Shown piece after piece: positions 8,421-11,999 of a DNA stretch of 11,999 nt. Within the stretch, counting starts at the first letter, position 1; the number at the start of each line of letters is the position of its first letter. Position numbers and translations under genes: made by a program. Source of the DNA: Octopus sinensis (Eukaryota); NCBI RefSeq assembly GCF_006345805.1, contig NW_021826774.1, positions 1 through 11,999 of the forward strand. Direction: 5' to 3'. The notes beneath the pieces are model-generated. The model had not been told where the DNA came from, did not search any database, and saw nothing but the letters and a program-made list of their open reading frames with translations.

Positions 8421-8468
8421 TTCACTTGACCGGTTTCACTTTTTTAGAAAAAGATTGTCAAAAGTAAA
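8421..8468 (-). ncRNA. Near-intact minimal type I hammerhead ribozyme, U3-A8 core variant
   Basis: Minus strand: TTTACTT-TTGACAA-T-CTTTTT(CTA)AAAAAG-T-GAAA-CCGG-TC-AAGTGAA. This gives a 7-bp stem I (one G-U), a 6-bp stem II with U.U at 10.1-11.1, palindrome ACCGGT and a GUC site. AATAAA (8417-8422) overlaps the 3' end. Confidence 0.7.
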
Positions 8469-9035
8469 ATGTAAAGCTTTGTATAAGCTTTGTTGTGTTA
8501 AGTACTGGTTGTCACAAAAGTATCAAAATACAGTTATACCTTCTTTGATAATAATAAGAAAATGTTAAAAACAGTTTACAAGGAAATATCTGAGAAAATA
8601 TTAGACACAAAGTTCAATAAAAATATTAGTTCATTAAAAATCATGCATGTTTGTTTGGAAGTAACTATATACATACACAGAAAAGTATTAGGAGTTTAAA
8701 AAAAGTCATATTTGGTAGTATATATATATATACACAGAAGGAGATATATTTAGGAGTTTACAAAGAATTTGAGATGAACTGACCTGTTTTAGCTTTTTTA
8801 TTTTGTGTGAAGCTAAGGGTTGTTTGTTATTTTTAAGGGACAGTGTGGGAGGTTGGTTGGGTGGGGGGAAGGAAGAGAAATATGGAACTCAAAGGATTTT
8901 TTTGCTTCACGGCTAGTCTTTCGTGGTTCACTCACACCATTCTGACCTCTAAGACCAATCCCCCAAAACTTGGAAGATGTTTGGGTGGGTGTCAATAAGC
9001 TTAGGCATATATTACATACTCTGAACTACCATTTC

Positions 9036-9037
<2 letters not shown>

Positions 9038-9082
<45 letters not shown>

Positions 9083-9240
9083 AAATAAGCGTGAGTAAAA
9101 TACATGTGTGAGTGTGTACATATATGTGTGAGGGTATGCATTAATGTATGTAAGAGTGCAAGTGTGTGTAAATATGTGTATATGTTTGCAAGTATATATA
9201 TATATATATTATGTGTGTGTGTGTGTGTGTGTGTGTGTAG
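9038..9240. repeat. (GT)n and degenerate GT/TA microsatellites
   Basis: Directly visible; pure (GT)n at 9038-9080. Confidence 0.93.
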
Positions 9241-9329
9241 CAGAGATCCTACATTTTAAAATCAATTCATGTCCTACATTCGCAACTATTCCCGTCGATG
9301 TAACTACTTCATCTGAGCGTATTTGAATT

Positions 9330-9444
9330 GCACACACACACACACATACATACACACACACACACACACACATACATACACAATCACACATACACACACA
9401 CACACACACACACGTATACACACACAAGCACACAGACATACACA
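9330..9444. repeat. (CA)n microsatellite, interrupted
   Basis: Directly visible. Confidence 0.95.
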
Positions 9445-9471
9445 AACGTTCTATTGCCTCAGCGAATCCTA

Positions 9472-9525
9472 TGGCCGAGAGATTAGAAGCTCGCTTCATA
9501 ATCATAAGGATCTAGGTTCAATACC
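9472..9525 (+). mobile_element. Degenerate tRNA-like SINE head (Pol III A and B boxes) or tRNA pseudogene fragment
   Basis: TGGCCGAGAGATTAG at 9472-9486 (cf. TGGCCGAGTGGTTAG) and GGTTCAATACC at 9515-9525 with tRNA-like spacing. No complete cloverleaf seen. Confidence 0.45.
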
Positions 9526-9847
9526 GACAAGTAGCGTAAGTGAATTTTTTTTTTTTACCATGGCGTCTGATCGACTTCATCCGCTTACGTTGCACGGGCA
9601 CACACACACACAGAAAACATTCTTCCTTTCGAAATTGATATATCTCTACTACATATGCTTTTGGCACCTTGTAACATTTATTTTTAGCTAGCACTATGAA
9701 GTAGATTTAGGAAATGGTAAACTGAAATACATTTGAGTTCGTGGCTTATGTTTGTGTTGTTGCTGATATAAGCGTGCGTGATGATATAAATAGCCAGTAA
9801 TTCTAACTATCAAATGAGGAATAATAGGAACCTCTACTTGTCCACTT

Positions 9848-9983
9848 TCCTACCTACCTACCTACCTACCTACCTACTTACCTACATACCTACCTATCTA
9901 CTTACCCACCTACTACCCTAATTAAATACCTACCTCTATCATTCTGTCTACCTACCAAACTTACTTACCTACATACATACCTA
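9848..9983. repeat. (TACC)n low-complexity tract containing the left copy of an ~100-bp direct repeat
   Basis: Directly visible; 9914-9960 matches 10529-10575 at 46/47. Confidence 0.9.
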
Positions 9984-10216
9984 TTTCTTTACTACCCACA
10001 AGGGGCTAAACACGGAGAGGACAAACAAGGACAGACAAACGGATTAAGTCGATTATTATCGACCCCAGTGCGTAACTGGTACTTATTTAATCGACCCCGA
10101 AAGGATGAAAGGCAAAGGCGACCTCGGCGGAATTTGAACTCAGAACGTAGCGGCAGACGAAATACAGATAAGCATTATCGCCGGCCGTGCTAACGTTTCT
10201 GCCAGCTCGCCGCCTT
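9984..10216 (-). mobile_element. tRNA-derived SINE, octopus family B, copy 1
   Basis: The minus-strand head is AAGGCGGCGAGCTGGCAGAAACGTTAG (A box) ... GAGTTCAAATTCC (B box). The body is collinear with 10233-10450. Confidence 0.85.
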
Positions 10217-10232
10217 TCCTACATACATACAT

Positions 10233-10484
10233 ATTTCTTTATTACCCACAAAGGGCTAAGCATAGAGGGGGAAACAAGGACAGACAAACGGATTAGGTCG
10301 ATTACATCGACCCCAGTGCGTAACTGGTACTTATTTAATCGACCTCGAAAGGATGAAAGGCAAAGTCGACCTCGGCAGAATTTGAACTCAGAACGTAGCG
10401 GCAGACGAAATACGGCTACGCATTTCGCCCGGCGTACTAACGTTTCTGCCTAAGCATTTCACCCGGCGTTCTAACAACTCTGCC
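10233..10484 (-). mobile_element. SINE family B, copy 2, with an extra 34-bp divergent head fragment (10451-10484)
   Basis: Collinear with copy 1 but lacking the first ~12 nt of the head. TAAGCATTTCACCCGGCGTTCTAACAACTCTGCC repeats the head segment with different substitutions. Confidence 0.85.
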
Positions 10485-11680
10485 TACCTACATACCTACC
10501 TTCCTACCTATCTACTGACCCACCTATCTACCCTAATTAAATACCTACCTCTATCATTCTATCTACCTACCAAACTTCTTACTTACCTACATACCGATCA
10601 ATGAAACCAACCACCTTTCGATTTACCAACCTAGCTATACACCTATGAACCTATCTACACGTACCTTACTAGCTACCTATGTAGCTACCTATGTAGCTAC
10701 CTACGTTACTACCAACCTTCCAACCTACTAACTTATCGGCCTATCTACCTCCCACACATATATCCACCTTCAGTACTTCTTTCCAAGTTACCCACTTTCC
10801 GAACTACTTGCCCACCCTGTCACCCTTTTATCTACCCACCCACCTACCTACCTACCTACCTACCTACCTACCTACTACCTACCTACCTACCTACTACCTA
10901 CCTACTACCTACCTACCTACCTACCTACCTACCTACTACCTACCTACCTACCTACTACCTACCTACCTACCTACCTACCCACCCACCTACCTACCTACCT
11001 ACCTACCTACCTACCTACCTACCTACCTACCTACCTTCCTACCTACCCACATACCTATCTTTCGATTTCTAACCAACTACCAATCCACCCACCAATTTAC
11101 CTACCTAAATATACCTCCTTAACTACATATATACCCACCCACATTACTGTCTCCCTGGCAGCTCACTTTCCTACCTCACCACATAACTACACACCGCCTT
11201 AAATAAATGGCAATCTACCCATCTTCTCACGAATCTACCCTCGTTCCTATCTACCTGCCTAGCCACTTACCCATACGCAAACCTACAAACCTATCTATCT
11301 ACACATCTTGCTACCTATCTAATTACATATCTAAAAACTACTTATATACTTACCTACCCACTTGCAAACACCCCCACCTACATTTCGCCTATATACCCAT
11401 CCAAATAGATATATACCTCCTTACCAACATACTCTCTACCCACTACCCATCTATCCTTTTTAACCTCCCTAATTAATAGCCATCTACCCACCTTCCTACA
11501 TATCTACCAACATTCTCATCCCTCTACCTATATATTTTACCCACCTATCTGCCTTAACACTTGTTATTAAGCCATGTAGCTACTGTTTGCCTTCGCATAT
11601 ATTAAGCCACCTCAAACATACCAACTCACCTATATACCTACCTACCCAACAAACTACATACCGGATGCACCCACCTACCT
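10485..11680. repeat. Long degenerate (TACC)n/(CTAC)n tract, near-pure at ~10840-11045
   Basis: Directly visible; the plus strand is strongly G-depleted. Confidence 0.93.
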
Positions 11681-11689
11681 TCTTTCATT

Positions 11690-11885
11690 CTTTCCTTCTT
11701 TCATTCTTTCCTTCTTTCTATCAGCCCTTTCACACTTCGTTCATTCTCCACTCTTCGTTCTTTCGTTCCCCCTCTATCACATTTCCTGGCCTCCTCTTCA
11801 TGCTCACTTTCCCTCCTCTTTCATTTTTTCTCGCCCCTCCTTAATTCTTCTATCGCTCTGCCTCTACTTCTCTCTCTTCTCTCCC
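11690..11885. repeat. Polypyrimidine (TTTC/CT-rich) low-complexity tract
   Basis: Directly visible. Confidence 0.85.
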
Positions 11886-11999
11886 CATGTGACCGTTTTC
11901 AGCCAAGCCTGGCCTTTCTTTCTTGGTTCGACTACCACCCGTGCAACATCTATATCCCTCATTGTGATTGTCAAATATTTTGTCCTTGCAATAAGGGCT

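Noticed and set aside
8666-8765. Short direct repeat TATA..TACACAGAA...TTAGGAGTTTA
   Set aside because: Two ~37-40 nt copies anchored in TA runs; an ordinary slippage duplication.
8843-8872. G-quadruplex-forming G tract
   Set aside because: Four G3 runs require a zero-length loop within G6, and there is no supporting context.

Overview
Non-coding, repeat-dense eukaryotic DNA, most likely from an octopus (coleoid cephalopod) genome. This assignment rests on my recall of two tRNA-derived SINE families and was not confirmed by a search. No protein-coding gene can be supported: the supplied ORFs are mostly translations of microsatellites or repeats. The window holds a near-complete ~850-bp Helitron-like element (391-1240, minus), copies of two SINE families, a decayed 3' end of a non-LTR retrotransposon, and a four-copy tandem array of an ~840-bp unit (3103-6496). 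Long (TA)n, (TACA)n, (CA)n and (TACC)n tracts separate these elements. The most unusual signal is a cluster of minimal type I hammerhead-ribozyme (HHR) motifs of the Penelope-like element kind. One at 8421-8468 (minus) looks nearly intact, with a U3-A8 core covariation, a 7-bp stem I, a palindromic stem III and a GUC cleavage site. Degenerate ones lie at 6576-6613, 7894-7941 and 1843-1882, and separated hammerhead halves occur in the tandem-array units. All folds were derived by eye and are untested.
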